A stretch of 64,000 nucleotides of DNA from Cystobasidiomycetes sp. EMM_F5. Lineage: Eukaryota. Both the position numbers and the translations under genes were made by a program. Under the pieces are notes generated by a model. The model worked only from the letters and a program-made list of their open reading frames with translations, did not search any database and was not told the origin of the DNA. Of this stretch, positions 38,252 to 52,937 are shown one piece after another (position 1 is the stretch's first letter; each line of letters begins with the position of its first letter). The stretch spans positions 434,001 through 498,000 of the forward strand of contig JBPGPT010000001.1 of the NCBI GenBank assembly GCA_051047955.1, written 5' to 3'.

Positions 38252-39885
38252 ATGTCAACTCCTTCCGGGCTGACTGATCTCCACAGTTCCTCGCTGATTC
38301 ACAACGATATCCACGAATACCCTCCACTAACGCCAACGAAGGTGGAGGAAGACGATACCGCCACTCTACGCGCGACATCTGCGCTACCGCCCCCAGACGA
38401 GGGCTTTGCTTGGATATACTTGGCGGCGTCTTTTACTTGTGGTTCGTCGTGCTCTGTGGCCATTTCAAGGGACATGATTTAACGATAACATCAAAGAAAC
38501 GTTATGTTGGGGCTTCCCATTCGCCATCGGAGTCTTCCACGAGTACTGGACATCCACGCTATTTCCAGATGCTAGCGCAACAACTATGCTAGCGCTGGCC
38601 GCTACGCTGCAGACGGGACTCATGTACATGTCTGCAGCAGTACTCGGCCCGCTCTTCGTCAAATACGCGGAGTATCGGGCTCGACTGCAGTACTTCGGGT
38701 TGTTGCTATCCGTCACGGGCGTGATCACCAGCGCATTCGTTACAGCACCGTGGCATCTCGTAATAACTGCAGGAGTCCTTTACCCCATCGGAGGCGGTAA
38801 GTGTCGACTAAACTTTAGGTTGTCGACTTTTTGACAATCATGGACAGGTCTATACTACCTACCCGCCGCAATACTCCTTTTTGAATGGTTTCAGCGGAGG
38901 CGCGGCCTTGCGGGTGGTATCATGTACAGCGGGACTGGTTGGTCCAATTGCCGAAAGTCCATTCCAGTGTGACTAATCTCGTAGTACAGGATTCGGTGGA
39001 GCCGTCTTCCCCTTTATAATGCAGGCTCTACTCTCACACTTCTCTTACCGAACGGCCATTATATCTCTCGGACTTGGATACGGCTCAATGGGCGCAATTG
39101 CGCTATATTTCATCCGCGAAAGGGTTCCCGTTCCAAGGCGAATCAAAGGCGATGTGCGACATTCTCGAGCTAGAATACCTACAAGCTTCTTCAAGAACAG
39201 TGCATTATACGCTTTCTCTGGAGCCATTCTCTTCACGAGCTTTGGCAATTTTTTACCGGCGGTGTACTTGCCCTCTTATGCTGCTGATATCGGCTTGTCG
39301 GTGTCGAACGGCACCTTCTTAGTTGCCATGATGAAGTCAGCCATCATGCTTACCTTGCGCGTTTGCATCCAGGCTGACTGCTGTGTCAGCGCATCCTCCA
39401 TTGTCGGTTTGTTGGTGTTGGGCCATCTGAGCGATCGCTGGCCCACAAGAGGAGTCGTAACTCTATCATGCATGGGAGCGTCGGTTTCATGCTTTTTATT
39501 ATGGGGCTTCGCTACCTCTCTTACCGTGCTCATAGTGTTCAGCCTAGCATTCGGCTTCTTCGCCCTCGGCTTCGCCTCAGTCTGGACAAAGCTGGCCACT
39601 ATCGTAGCGCAAGACGATCCTTTGGTGCCGCCTCTCGTATTCTCCGTCTTTGCCTTTTCCAGGGGCGTTGGCAACGTGTGCAGTGGCTTGATCGGAGATG
39701 CCTTGCTTAAGCACGGAGGGTTACGCAATGTTCGATACGCTTATGGAGTGGAGAATTATGTGAGCATTGTCTACCAAGCCTCTGCACAATCTGTTGACTC
39801 AGATGAGCAGGGTCCGCTCTTACTTTATGTCGGTTCCGTTATTGCACTGGGTAGTATAGCTGGAATATCGTATCGAGAAAAGTAG
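38252..39885 (+). CDS. MFS monocarboxylate-porter (MCT/Mch-like) transporter
   Basis: PPPDEGFAW, EWFQRRRGLA.GIMYSGTG.GG, FGNFLPAVYLPSYA, LGHLSDR; multiple TM segments. Confidence 0.88.
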
Positions 39886-40309
39886 ACCATAGTGGCACTA
39901 GAAAGGCTGCTGAGCTCACGCAACACATTGTCGTTTTGTTAGAATGTGGAATAAATCGATGACGCAGTCTCCGCATGCAAATAGAAATTGGTGGCGAGGG
40001 TCGGCTTGCCATACAAGCTTCGTTACGGCTGTAAATCTGTGCCATCAGGTTTAAGCGATAGAAAGTAACAAGATTCGTCCAGTGGAGCCTCTCGAATGGC
40101 TGTAAGTCTGACAAATTGGTCCAAAATCCTCTTCGGCCAGGAGCACGCTTGATTCCCCGGACTCTGCAATCACAGCTCAAGTTCTCACGAGAGCCGCGCT
40201 GATTGACATCTGCAAACAGGTCTTCGAGGTCGCACCAACACGCAGAGACTACCCGTCTGACCGGAGCTTGCGGAGCACTAGTATCAGCAGCCCAAGCGGG
40301 AAGGCCTCG

Positions 40310-42499
40310 ATGAGCTGGGATAAGAACGTCAAAGGTAAAGAAGTCTGACCGGGCGTGTACAGATGATACAGCAAAGACATCTGACCCTTCCACCGTTCCA
40401 CAGGAGCCTGCAAGAGCAAACATGCGCCTCCGAAAGCCAAGGTGCGACCACAGAGCGTTAGCTACGGGAAGATCCAGCCTGACGTTTAAACCGAAACCTC
40501 CAGTACATCGACCCGCTCGTACAAGGCACTTTTGAAAGCGAATACGTATGCTCCGATATTGCTCAAGCTATAGCGCCAAAGTTGCGCGACTCGAATAGTA
40601 CAGTCAGTGTCAATGCCCGGATGCGCGAGCTCGACCGATATAGACATTCGAAATCTGCAGGTCACCTTCAAAGCTCTCATTGTGGTGCATACTATACTTC
40701 GCAATGGCAGTACAAAAAACGTATACAATCTATGGGGAAAGCAGCCACAGCTGCTTAGTCTGAACAGCGTTTCATCTGGGCATGACACCGCACAAAACTT
40801 AAACCGATACGCCTACTATCTGCACACACGGCTGAAGACGTATGGGGAGCTCGGAAGGGATGCTGTGCGCGATAGAAGCGAACGCCGGGCAGAGGGTAGA
40901 GGAGACGGAGGAGAGAAGCTGCGTAGCTTGACCGTCGAAAAGGGCCTCCTGCGAGAGGTATCGACGTTACAGCGTCTGCTCGATACGCTGGTCGAGTGCC
41001 GCTTCTATCTGGAGGACAAGGAGGACGAAGTCACGATGTGCGCTTTACGCTTACTTGTCAAGGATCTACTCGTCCTATTTATGAGTGTCAACGAGGGTGT
41101 CATCAACGTCCTAGGTACGCAACATTTTGCTACATGACTGCTTAGAGGCTGAATGCAACCATAATTTCCAGAACACTACTTTGAAATGTCGCATGGCGAT
41201 GCTTCTACCGCGCTCAAAATATACAAGCAATTCTGCCGCCAGTGCGAAAAGGTTGTGACGTATCTCGGCGTCGCGAAGAAGATGCAAAACATTCTGAATG
41301 TACAAATACCCAACTTGAAACATGTACGTATCTGGGTCTTTCTGGCACAGAACTATTCTCACACGGGTTACAGGCTCCGGTTTCCTTAGCGGGCTCCCTC
41401 GAGGAATACATCAAAGATCCTAACTTTGAACAGAATCGCTTGGAATACAAATCGAATCGCGAGATTGCCGAGGGCAAGCAACCATCTAAGCGTACGTAAC
41501 AGCTATAGACGCGGCAAATCAGTATATCTGACTTGAATTCATAGCCGCTGCATCTGATAAAGCAGCTACAAAGACGCCAGCAGACGGCGAGACAGTCGAC
41601 GATGAAGACTCTCCTTCGACATCGAAATCTAAGCCTGCTGAAAGCGGAGGCAACAAGGCTCTTATTGATTTCTTCGAAGCGATAGAGTCGGAGCAAACAT
41701 CAATGTTTAATCCGCAGACCGGCTCGCCCGACATGAACTATTTCCAACAGCAAGCTACCTTTAATCCCTTCCTGCAGCAGACTGTAGCAAATCCGTTTGG
41801 AGGCCTGCAACCGCAAATGACTGGAGCCATGGCGTTTGGTGGCTTACAGCCGCAGATGACAGGCGCAATGGCATTTGGAGGCATGACTCCCTTCGGACAG
41901 AGCGCATTCGGGCAGCCGACAGCAGTAAATGCTTTCGGACATCCAGCTCCGGTGCTGGCGCCTCAGGCTACGGGCTTCATGACTACATCTGTACCGCAAG
42001 TAAATCCATTCAGGCAGAGTGTCGGAGGCGCAATGTCGCCTATCACAGCCAGCAATCCCTTCGGCTTGCCCCAGCGTCCAACGTCTGCTTCAGCTTTTGG
42101 GCAAGTCCAGCCTCAAATCCAGCAGCAAGTCCCGCAACAGGGTGCTGCTCAAGCCACACAGCCGCAATGGACTGGCATGCCAAATGCGTTCCAGCGGCCG
42201 GCGTCAGCCCCACTCGATCAACAACAGCAGCAAAGTCAGCAGGCTTTTGGTCAGCAACCGCCGTTTGGGCAGCAGCAGCAGCAGCAACCGCAGCAGCAGC
42301 AGCAGCACCAGTTACAACAGCATGGACAAGCTACTTCACCGCATCCGTTGGCTCCCCAGCCTACAGGATCCAAAAACCCTTTCGCACCGTCGCCTGCAGA
42401 AATGCAAGCGGCAGCGGCGGCAGCGAAACCTCCTCCGTCCAGTATCAATCAGCTGGCATTCCAAGCTTTCCAAAACTCTCAGCAGCAGCAGCAGATGCA

Positions 42500-42540
<41 letters not shown>

Positions 42541-43550
42541 GTCAGCCAACACAGCCAAGCATCAACACGTCCAACCAGTTCAATGCGTTCAATACACCAT
42601 TTGGCAATAACTCGCAGCAGGCATCCCCGACTAAACCGAGCATACCCCAGATCCAGACTTCCCCAGTCGGAGGTGGCGGCAGCACGATGGCCAGTCTGGC
42701 TTCTGATTTTGCATTCGGCAGGGGCGTGCCGTCAGCGAATGAGAGTGGTAACAACAATAACAATAGCAATATCAATAACAATGGCTTTGGTCAGAACAGC
42801 AATACTTTCCAGGGATCGCAGTCTCAACCACCAAGTGGTCTCCCTAGCAGTACGACGGGCACATTGCCATTTTCTGGCTTTTCATCCACGGTCACGTCAC
42901 CTTCTAATTCGTCTGCACCATCGTTTGGGTTCTCGGGCGCATCTAATAATGGTTCAACGGGAACCCAGAACACAGGCTCATCAGGCTTCGGCTCCATGTT
43001 TGGCGGTAACAACCAGCAGCAGTCTCTGCAGCCACAGCCTACGGGCTTTGGTGGATCAAGTATCAAACCATTCGTACCGAGTTCGAGTTTTGGATCGAAT
43101 CTGTATGCTGAACATGCCAAGTCGCCGTTGTCGCCAAGCTCGCAGCAACAGCAACAGCCCTTCTCGCAAATGAACCAGAATCAACCTCAGCAGATGAACA
43201 ATAATAATACCACCAACCAGACTGGAGATTTGATGGGCGGTGGATTTGGCGGCAACCAGTCTAATAACAATAATGGCATGCAAGGTTCCTCTTCGTTTGG
43301 AGGCAGTTCTTTTGGAGGTTCACAGCCACAGCAGCAGCAGCAGCAAAACCACAACAATATGATGCAATCTCCTGCCGGCGTTGCGAATCCATTCCGAATG
43401 CCGGGTAATGATGCAAATAGCAATTACGCCGGAGCGTTCGGCCAGTCTGCGTTCAGCAACAGCAGCAGTAGTAATGGCACAAACTTCTTTGGCGGCAGCG
43501 GTCAGCAGCAGCCTCAGCAGCCGGCCAGTCAATGGGGCAGTCTGATCTAA
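40310..43550 (+). CDS. ANTH-domain clathrin adaptor (AP180/CALM/Yap180-like) with NPF- and Q/N-rich tail
   Basis: K..K..H.PPKAKY, FKALIVVHTILRNG, LLVKDLL.LF..VNEGVINVLEHYFEMS; several NPF motifs and QPQxTG/APQxTG repeats. Confidence 0.9.
42480..42539 (+). repeat. (CAG)n microsatellite encoding polyglutamine
   Basis: Near-pure CAG run (QQQQQMQ...Q) inside the ANTH adaptor tail; shorter CAG runs near 42270-42306 and 43329-43343. Confidence 0.9.
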
Positions 43551-43872
43551 ACCCCGGCCAGGCACAGGTCCGATTCTCCAACCGTCGCCTCACCTCCAAC
43601 GACTGCCCATCTTTCCTGAAGCTCGAGTTTGGGGGTGAAATACTTGTTGTATAGCAGTCTGGTTGTATTGCGGATGTCTGCGTAATGGCCTTTTGCAGCC
43701 TGGTTCATTTGCCAATTTGATCGGGCATTCTCGAAGGGTCCCGGTGGCGACTGCTGACTGGTTATCGGGAATGGCTGGCTGGCTGGCTCTCTTTCCCGCC
43801 AACCGAGCGCAACCCAACACACTCAAGCATTTCCATATATAAGACACATACATCACCAAGCACACTACAGCC

Positions 43873-44958
<1,086 letters not shown>

Positions 44959-45648
44959 TGATGGGTCACTCCCGTCTCCTTCCGTCACTTCCGAATCACT
45001 ACACCGTTGTAACCACTAGTCTTTGTAGCTCCATCATCTCGCCGGCGATACCCTAGGGCATTTGCAAACACATAATGTGCTAAACTTGGCTGTCTTTCAA
45101 CTGCTACTTCATATTGCCCAATGTCTCCAATGCGATTTCTAATGGGGTCCATCCGCCGACGGGATTTGATCCTTGCCATTGTGCCCACAGCCTACGGAGC
45201 CAAAAGCCATGTTCGAGCCTTCATGAGCAGCTGCAGAAGTGGCACATTCTGCTTCTGCGGGCATACGGCTATTTCCGCGTTCTCAGCGAAACCCTCTCCC
45301 GCAATTGACCCGCTGCGCCAAGCTGCACCTTCAAATCAGTTGCACCGGAAGCAGGCACTGTACGCGCGAGGCCTGCAGTTGCTGCAAGGCCCAAGGGATA
45401 AGACCATGATTGTAATACAGCAGCTGATCGTTTCCCGGTGCGTGAGGGTTACCAGCTGACATTTGCAGCCGCTTCTCGGGGATAACCCACAGCTCTCGAA
45501 GAAAATGGCTTTCTGGTCGAGGTGTCGCTGAGCCAGCACTCGCTTTTCTTTCTTCTTTGCGCTGAGGATCCATCACGCTCACTCAGACTGATCCACCACA
45601 ACATCGCGCTGACATTCAGGGCTGACGTCCCACTGAGGCTTTGATACT

Positions 45649-48600
45649 ATGAGGCTGTCTCAGCTATACAAGCAGGTCCTCGGGATTACCCTCTTTGTTC
45701 TCTCGCATAACGCAGCACCAGCGCAAGCAAGCGATCTGTCGGTTGCGTGGACAAAAGTATGCTCGGCTCTGGAAATCTCCACAAAATGTGTCTCCCTCTT
45801 TCAATACCCAGACCAAATTGACACGGTCTACGGTTCGCTCACGCTATGGAAGGTTGGTTGTGTTGTGGAGCCTCTACCGCACACGTCTCTTAGCTAAATA
45901 CTGGTCGTCTTGCTCATTGCGGTGCACACAGTATAATCCGCACAAGGAGAAAATCAAAGTCGGCAATGTAATCCTCTCCATGTTTCCACGATTCTGAAGA
46001 TACTTCGTCTGCAGGGCTGCGTCCTCGGCGTATGCGGATGGACTTGGAAACCAGGTGATTTTCGCAGGGTTACGCTGATACCGCATTGGTGACGCTATTG
46101 ACCATCCCCTATCTTGGTGTACAACAGGATTCGACTCCTACATACAAAAGGTTCCGAAAGGCCTTACGGTTCGCTACAAGAGGTATTCCTCTTGCGATCT
46201 GCTCGGACGATTCTTGCCCAATTGGAAGGAAGCGAGCTCGAGGATCAGCGCCGCCTGCAAGTGTCTGCCTAAGGTCTGCTTCAATCCCTGCTACACTAGC
46301 TCTCACGTACAACGGCTCATACGAGACGTGTCATCAATCAGCTGTTCTCACTCATTGATAGCAAGACTGCCACCGCTTTTCTGGAAGGCGGCGGAAATAT
46401 CGGCCCGGGAAGCGCGGAGATCCTGCTCAAGTGGGGAGAGTACGAACAGGTAAGATCTAGCGGTACATTTCATTTCTGCGTCCGATGACTCAAGATCCAC
46501 AGTGCTCGCAAACGGCTGTGGGCGGAATTCAAAACAATGCGGGCGGCCTGACGACGGGCAGCGGCGCACTTGTATCGAGTCCGACAAGGAAGATCGTTGT
46601 GGCCGCTCAAGTTGGTAAGTGTATTCGGTAAGTAATACCGTGGCAATTACGGAATAACAAACTTGATCCTGTCAGATACTGCCCGGTATGCTGCACTGGG
46701 GGGAGCGATTGCGCCGTGCTTCGTCGGTGCTTGCTGCACCAATTGCATTGTGGCATGGCTACAGAAATATCTGGCCGACTCACAGGGTACGGATACAGTC
46801 TCTTTACTTCCTTTCAGCATTACAATAGTGATGAATTTAATATAGCGCTCATGGGAGGCCAGCTTAAAGCAATGATACAACCCTGGCTTAGTACTTTTAC
46901 AGCCATAAGCACCAGTTTCGATGCTGCCTCCTCCAATGCGAACAGTGCCGTAACAAAGATTCCTGCAATCAGAGACAAGGCAGTATTGGCATTGAGAAAC
47001 GTCTGTGCAAATGCATCTTGCGTGGAGATCGCTGCATCGAGCGCTATAGCAGACTTTCAAGCGCAATGTGAGTTATTGTCTTACGGCAGCGGTCTCAATT
47101 CTGCATGAACTGAACAGGTCGCGACAGTGACGAAGACTCTTGACGTTACTCAACAGCTCTCCGTCGTTACGCAGACTGTAGGAGCTCTCTCTAGCGATGT
47201 ACAGCAGCTCGTTTCGGCAATTTCTACGGCCTCAAAAGCCTTCGACGCTCTTGATGATTTGACTTATGCTGGCATATTAAAGATGGTCACCAATGGCGAA
47301 ATCAAGCAGCTATCGGATATCCCAAAGACCTTCCAGGGAATTACCGTCCTGCCGAAGCTCTTCCAGGACGTCGAAAGCAGAGTCCCCAAACTTACTACTG
47401 CATTGCAGCAGATCGTAGACAAGGGTCCGGTCGTCGTAACCAATTTCGAATCGCTGCTGTCAGACACATGGGTACGCAGCCTTAGTCTCGCCAACTGTCA
47501 GTCACAGCTTGCAATTCAGTCTGTGTTCATCGACATCCAAGAAGCGGTTTCGTCGACTATCCCTCAAATAGAGCTCTTCTCTACTGCGACTGCGCAACTT
47601 CAGGAAATGGTTGGACTGATCGCCAAAAGTTCCCTCGGATCGCTGCCCCAAATTGATGCTGGAGTGGCTAGCTACCAGAGGTGGTCTAAAGGGTCTTTTA
47701 CGAGTATCTGCTCCAAGATAACGCAGAAGACCATATCCAGATTTGGATTCAAGATCGATGTCTTCTATCCAGAGTTCTGGACCTGCCAACAGCCTTACTA
47801 TGTGCCGTGGCCGAATCACCACATTCCGTACTTGCGAATTCGCTTCCCGGCCAACTCGCTCTTCGCGGCACTGACACGACCATCAACAGCTAAAGGCACG
47901 ACTATCCGCTTCGCCAAGAGTGTGGTGTCGCGAACGTGTCAGGCGAACACAACTACCAGCGTCTCTCTACTGAGTACCACTTCGAGTGTCAACACGACGA
48001 CTACTACTGCTTCTCGCCTTTCAACATCGTCACAAAGTGTGACTGGCACTTCATTGTCATCGCAATCATCTAATTCTGCTGTAACAACATCGAGCTTTGT
48101 TACGTCCACTTCCAGTCGATCCTCAGTATTCTCCACGTCTACGACATCCATCTTTAGCTCCTCGTCTACCCAAGCCGGGACAAGTTCTCGCTCCACTTCT
48201 ACAGCGCGGCTGCGACCGCGACAGACGCTCCCTGCCACTGAATCAATCGAGACCACTTTGCCAGGCGCTATGCCTACCGTCCCAGCAGGCTATGTAACAG
48301 ATACGCGTGCTGTGAACCTCGCACAAAGTACGGGCATACCCGACTTTGAGTTCGAGACTACTGGGAGCAATGGGCAGATTGCAACGATAACATCTACTAT
48401 TCCGCCAACAGTGACTCTAAGCGTGACGGCAACCGAAACCATTGCCGCACCCCCTGTAACTGATATTCCGACAATTACCGAAGCTCCGCCGTATGCAGCG
48501 TACACCGAAGCCGCTGGCCTGCCGGAAGCTACGGCAGGGGAACTACAAGAAAATTGGGAGGCGGTCACCCCTGTAGCCGCGCCCGTCCCGACGGACATTC

Positions 48601-48815
48601 CTAACGGCACCGACTGCTCGTCGCAGAACCGCCCTGGTCAGGTTTATCTTGTGCCATTTGAGAACAGCTTAGAATCCGGAATCGACGTTTGCGGTATCAT
48701 TGCGGATAACCCTAGCATCAACGAAAGTTTGGCTGCATTCTCGACTAGTGCTCGCCGTTCTCGTCGCTTCATCGGATTTGCAAGACGTCGAAGAAAGGCA
48801 AAGACTGGCTTGTGA
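45649..48815 (+). CDS. Large secreted protein: Cys-rich N-terminus, helical middle, aromatic domain, Ser/Thr-rich mucin-like region, basic C-terminus
   Basis: Signal-peptide-like MRLSQLYKQVLGITLFVLSHNAAPAQA; several short Cys-containing exons; long terminal exon 47127-48815. Confidence 0.65.
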
Positions 48816-48927
48816 TTGAGCACGATTGCGCATCTTCAGCGGGTACCCTCAGCGATGTTGTATTTGCATTTGCAATGCATAAGCAGATATGAATAGTAAA
48901 GGCGCATTGGGCTCGGTGTTTACTTTA

Positions 48928-51589
48928 TCATCTTTTCCCGTTAGGACTTGTGGCGTCAATGGTCGGCGTCGATCCATAGTCATCCGAAATGAAGAGTCGT
49001 TCGTACGATGACAGGTTACCACCGCTCATTAGGCCAAAAAGTACATCGTCGCCCGATGCAGCGTCCACGTTATCAGGATTCGCCGACCACCCTTCTGGCA
49101 GCCAGATTGCCGGGGCGTGACCGATATTGTTTGTAAAGGAACGAGGATCCACAGCTGGTGCAAATGACGCAAAGAGAGCGTTCATATCAAATTGCTGTTG
49201 CGCAGAGATGTCATATTCGGATGACGTTGCTGGAATGGATATCGAACCGTGAGTCGCATTCTGCGAGGGCATCCCTACAGACATAGCAGGCGCATCAGAA
49301 CCTTGCTCAGGGGAAACATTCAATCTTTGCATAAGGGATAAGATGACTGCAAGAATACCCGATATCAGCGTGCAGCGACATAGGAATACCACACGATGTA
49401 AACATATGCTCACCAAGCTTGGCGCGTGAGACACCAGTATTCACGGTTTCCGTTTCGTTGAATATTTCCAGACAGAACTGAAGACGCCTGAAGGCTGGAG
49501 ATAGCGGGCCGAGCTGCGCGGCCACGCGCACATGGACAGTTGCAGCAATGTAGGCGCAGTAGCTGATCAAAAAGGGCGAGCGAAGAAAGCCCAAAGCGGC
49601 ACTGTGTACTTTTAGTAGTTCACTGATGGTGTCGGCGCCCTGAATACACCGCTGCCAGCTGTTTTCAGGAACGACTCCTTTCGCGTCTCGAATATGGCCC
49701 TGCGCCACGAAGGGTCTGTGTACGAGGATGATGATAGTATTCCACACGCAACTGTAGTTGGAATTATTAGCTACGTAACTTGCTTAATTCAGGTTCCCAG
49801 CCGAGAGTGGAACTTACTGCAAAGCTAACAAATTGGCAGGCACAGTCCGACCAGCGGACGTTTCACCCTCGATTTGCAAATGGCCAGGGAGGGTACTTTC
49901 AAAGTCACGAAGATCTGTCTCCAAGCGCCGTAGATTCTCCAGATGTCTTTCGGTGGAGAAATTGAAACTATCAACGCTGTATAGCCACGTTAAGGCGCGT
50001 CCCAGAATGAAACAGAGCTTGCACATAGCGCTGAACGCAGACACACTGCACACTGGCATCGGGTTTGCGGCGGGCGAGTCAGGAGTCAGAGTCGGAGGGC
50101 GCCACAACTCGCTCTCTTCGAAGGCATCGTTGAATACTAGAGGGACCCGGATATCGCCCTCTTGCAATGTAGGAGGCCGACCTTGATACAAGCTATGAAT
50201 CTTGTCGAAACAGAAGGAGCCGTACAAAACCCTCCTTCTTATCTCAACATCCTCACATGTCAGAGACTTGTCAAAAGCTGTGTTGTCGATGTGTAGGCCG
50301 AGATCGACCAGCATACGGAAAGCCAGCCCTGAATATATCCAGGACGACTCATGCTGTCCGAGCGCAAATAGTGAACTGGCGAGTAGTAAAAGCGCCTGTA
50401 TAGTCGGAATGCGAGAGCGGGTGATGGACTCGCCCATCAGCTCGTTGACACGCTTGAGGAATTGATAGCCAGCAGATCGTGGATCATTCGGTTGCGCGCG
50501 GAGTTCCGGTCGCCGACAGAATTTGGAAGCACCGAAGAATATGACGTTCAGCAGTCTGAACAAGAGTAAGTGCTCAGCTGATGATGATTGACGTTGAAAG
50601 GACGTGAGACGACAAGGACGTGACGACTTACAGTTTAGAGAAGTACTTGCCGCCTCCAGCAACGGCCATATCGCGCATAAATGCTGGCCGATAAGTCAAG
50701 AGCAGAGCATGATGCTGACGGTGCCAATGAATGTCAAGAAGCTCCATCGCTGTTTCTGCAGGCACGCCGTCGAAATCCAACCGACCGGCAGCAAGGTCGA
50801 ATATTTCTTGTCGTCGACCTCTTTCAGCGGCATCAACAAGAACAATTTCTGCCTTTTTCCTTTCTTCGGGCGTAGTATACGCCGGCAAGTGCGGTGTACT
50901 GGCTGCATTTCCTGCCCCGAAGGTGTCTGGATGATCGAAGATACTTGTGAGACCGTGAAAGGAGGATCTTCCATCGACCGCTATGTGCATTTGACGGACG
51001 GCAAAGTTGGCATCCAAGGGTGATGCATCGCTTGGCGACACGCTGGCATAGTGATTTGTCGGTTGCTTGTCTTGAGACGACACAGAAGCCGAAGCTGCTC
51101 TGGTCGTGCTTTTACCAGACCAGTTGGATAGGAGTATGTCCCTTTCGTCTGCCGAGGAGAGCTTGAGACGACGAACGAAGCTTTCGAGATCGTTCAGTTC
51201 TTGCTCGACGCTGTTCAAGAGTGCTCGGCTTGGACGAGGGCTGTTTCGTCGTGCAAGTATAGTCAGTTGTCCTATATCTCCACATCTTGGGGTCTCCAGT
51301 CTCCGCTCACCGGCTCGAGACTTCGCGCGTTGCATATTCACAATCGTTACCGCGCCTTTCGCAGTTGGCGCATGGCTGCTTGCCATCGCAGCGGATCTAC
51401 AGACATTGAACGACAGCGCACAGCGCGCGAATAGGATTGTCAGCGGGGCATTGGGGAGACTCCGTCTGGGTTCTGGTTCACTTTGCGGGTCCGACAGAAT
51501 TCGCAAGCTTTGACGACGTTGCTTGCGCTACCGCTATTGCTACGAGCTTGTGGACTTGCCGACCGTCTGCTGCTGGTGCCGCCGTCCAT
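48928..51589 (-). CDS. Zn(II)2Cys6 transcription factor with fungal-specific TF (middle homology) domain
   Basis: Spliced ACEFCRTRK|IRCDGKQPCANCERRGNDCEY; TIQALLLL..SWIYSGLAFRMLVDLGLH..EIRRRVLYGSFCFDKIHSLYQGRP; IILVHRPF. Confidence 0.93.
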
Positions 51590-51648
51590 AATCGTCTCTC
51601 GCTCCGTGGCTCCAGCGTCTGGACTGATTCCCTTCCGTTGCAGTAGTA

Positions 51649-51705
51649 CGGAGTCAAAATGCTCCGCCGCTCCGAAGGCCCGCCGGGCGGACTTCTAACA
51701 AGCCG
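51649..51705. promoter_or_regulatory. Two CGG-N12-CCG Zn2Cys6-type sites (51649-51666, 51688-51705) in the divergent TF/carrier promoter
   Basis: CGGagtcaaaatgctCCG and CGGacttctaacaagCCG, just upstream of TATATATA (51711). Confidence 0.7.
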
Positions 51706-51806
51706 GGTGCTATATATACGTAGACAGAAAGGTTCACATTGGAAACATTTTTACACCGTAAGACCTTTGCTTCTTGTGACACGCTGCCCCTACAAACACT
51801 CCCAAA

Positions 51807-52937
51807 ATGTCTTCCTCTTCGAGTACGAAAAAGCTGCAGCCATGGCAATCACTCACAGCAGGCCTCGTTGCAGGCGCAGTCGAAGGCTTCATTACCTGTA
51901 TGTAATAGCTTGCCCGCCGCATGGGCAGAGTTAACAGTATGACATCCCGCAGATCCTGCCGAAATGACAAAGACCGCTTGCCAGTTCTCAGCAAAGCAAG
52001 GCGCGCCGGTTTCGCCACTAGCTGTTGTCAAAACGACTTTCCAACAACGAGGTATCCGAGGCTTCTACAGCGGTTGCAGTGCACTCGTAGTCGGGAATTC
52101 TGCGAAAGCTGGTGTCCGCTTCTTCTGCTACGATGGCATCAAGGATCTCCTTAAAGATCAACATGTAAGCTGCTCTCCCTAGTGACGTTTCTGTCAGGAC
52201 ACTGACGAATCCTGCATCACAGACCGGAAAGTTGTCAACAGGAGGGAGCATTCTAGCCGGTGCTGCTGCCGGAGCATGTGAGGCCGTTATTGCAGTCACA
52301 CCCAGCGAAGTGAGCATAGTCATAGACAGGAGGAAGGGGGAGACGCGTGCTGACATTGCGATCCCGTCAGGCGATCAAGACGAAGCTTATCGACGATGCT
52401 AGGAGAGCGACGCCCCGCTTTCATGGGAGTGCTCATGGCCTTTCCATGATCGTCAGAGAAGAAGGTGTGACAGGCTTGTATCGTGGATTGACAGCAACAA
52501 TCCTCAAACAATCAGCAAATTCTGCCGTCCGTTTCACTTGTCAGTCAGATTCGATTGTGATACGTGGCACGCAAGCAGCCTAGCTAACATGCATTCTTGC
52601 CGTTTCAGCTTACAATGCCCTCGTATCTGGCATGCGTGCGCTGAGTGGACAACAATCAGGACCCCTTCCAAGTGTGCAAGTCTTTGCATGTGGAGCGGGT
52701 GCTGGTATCATTACAGTCTATGCAACCATGCCGTTTGACGTTGTCAAGACGCGCATGCAAGGTCTGGAAGCTGCAGCCTATGCCAACTCCTTCGACTGTG
52801 CACGCAAAGTCATCCAACAGGACGGGGTGGCAGCTTTGTGGGGAGGTAGCACAGCGCGGCTATCTCGGCTCATGTTCTCGGGAGCCATCGTCTTTACTGT
52901 ATATGAAAAGATGGCTGTTCTCTTGAAGCAGTGGTAG
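51807..52937 (+). CDS. Mitochondrial carrier, citrate/tricarboxylate transporter (Ctp1/Mtt1-like)
   Basis: Three carrier repeats YPAEMTKT, TPSEAIKTKL, MPFDVVKTRMQ; tricarboxylate-type contacts GNSAKAGVRF, KQSANSAVRF, ARLSRL. Confidence 0.9.

Noticed and set aside
42019..43173. Overlapping Ser-, Ala- and Cys-rich alternative-frame ORFs
   Set aside because: By-products of CAG-rich, stop-poor low-complexity coding sequence in the ANTH adaptor tail
44985..45582. Short ORFs between polyubiquitin and the secreted protein
   Set aside because: No coherent spliced model or recognisable motif
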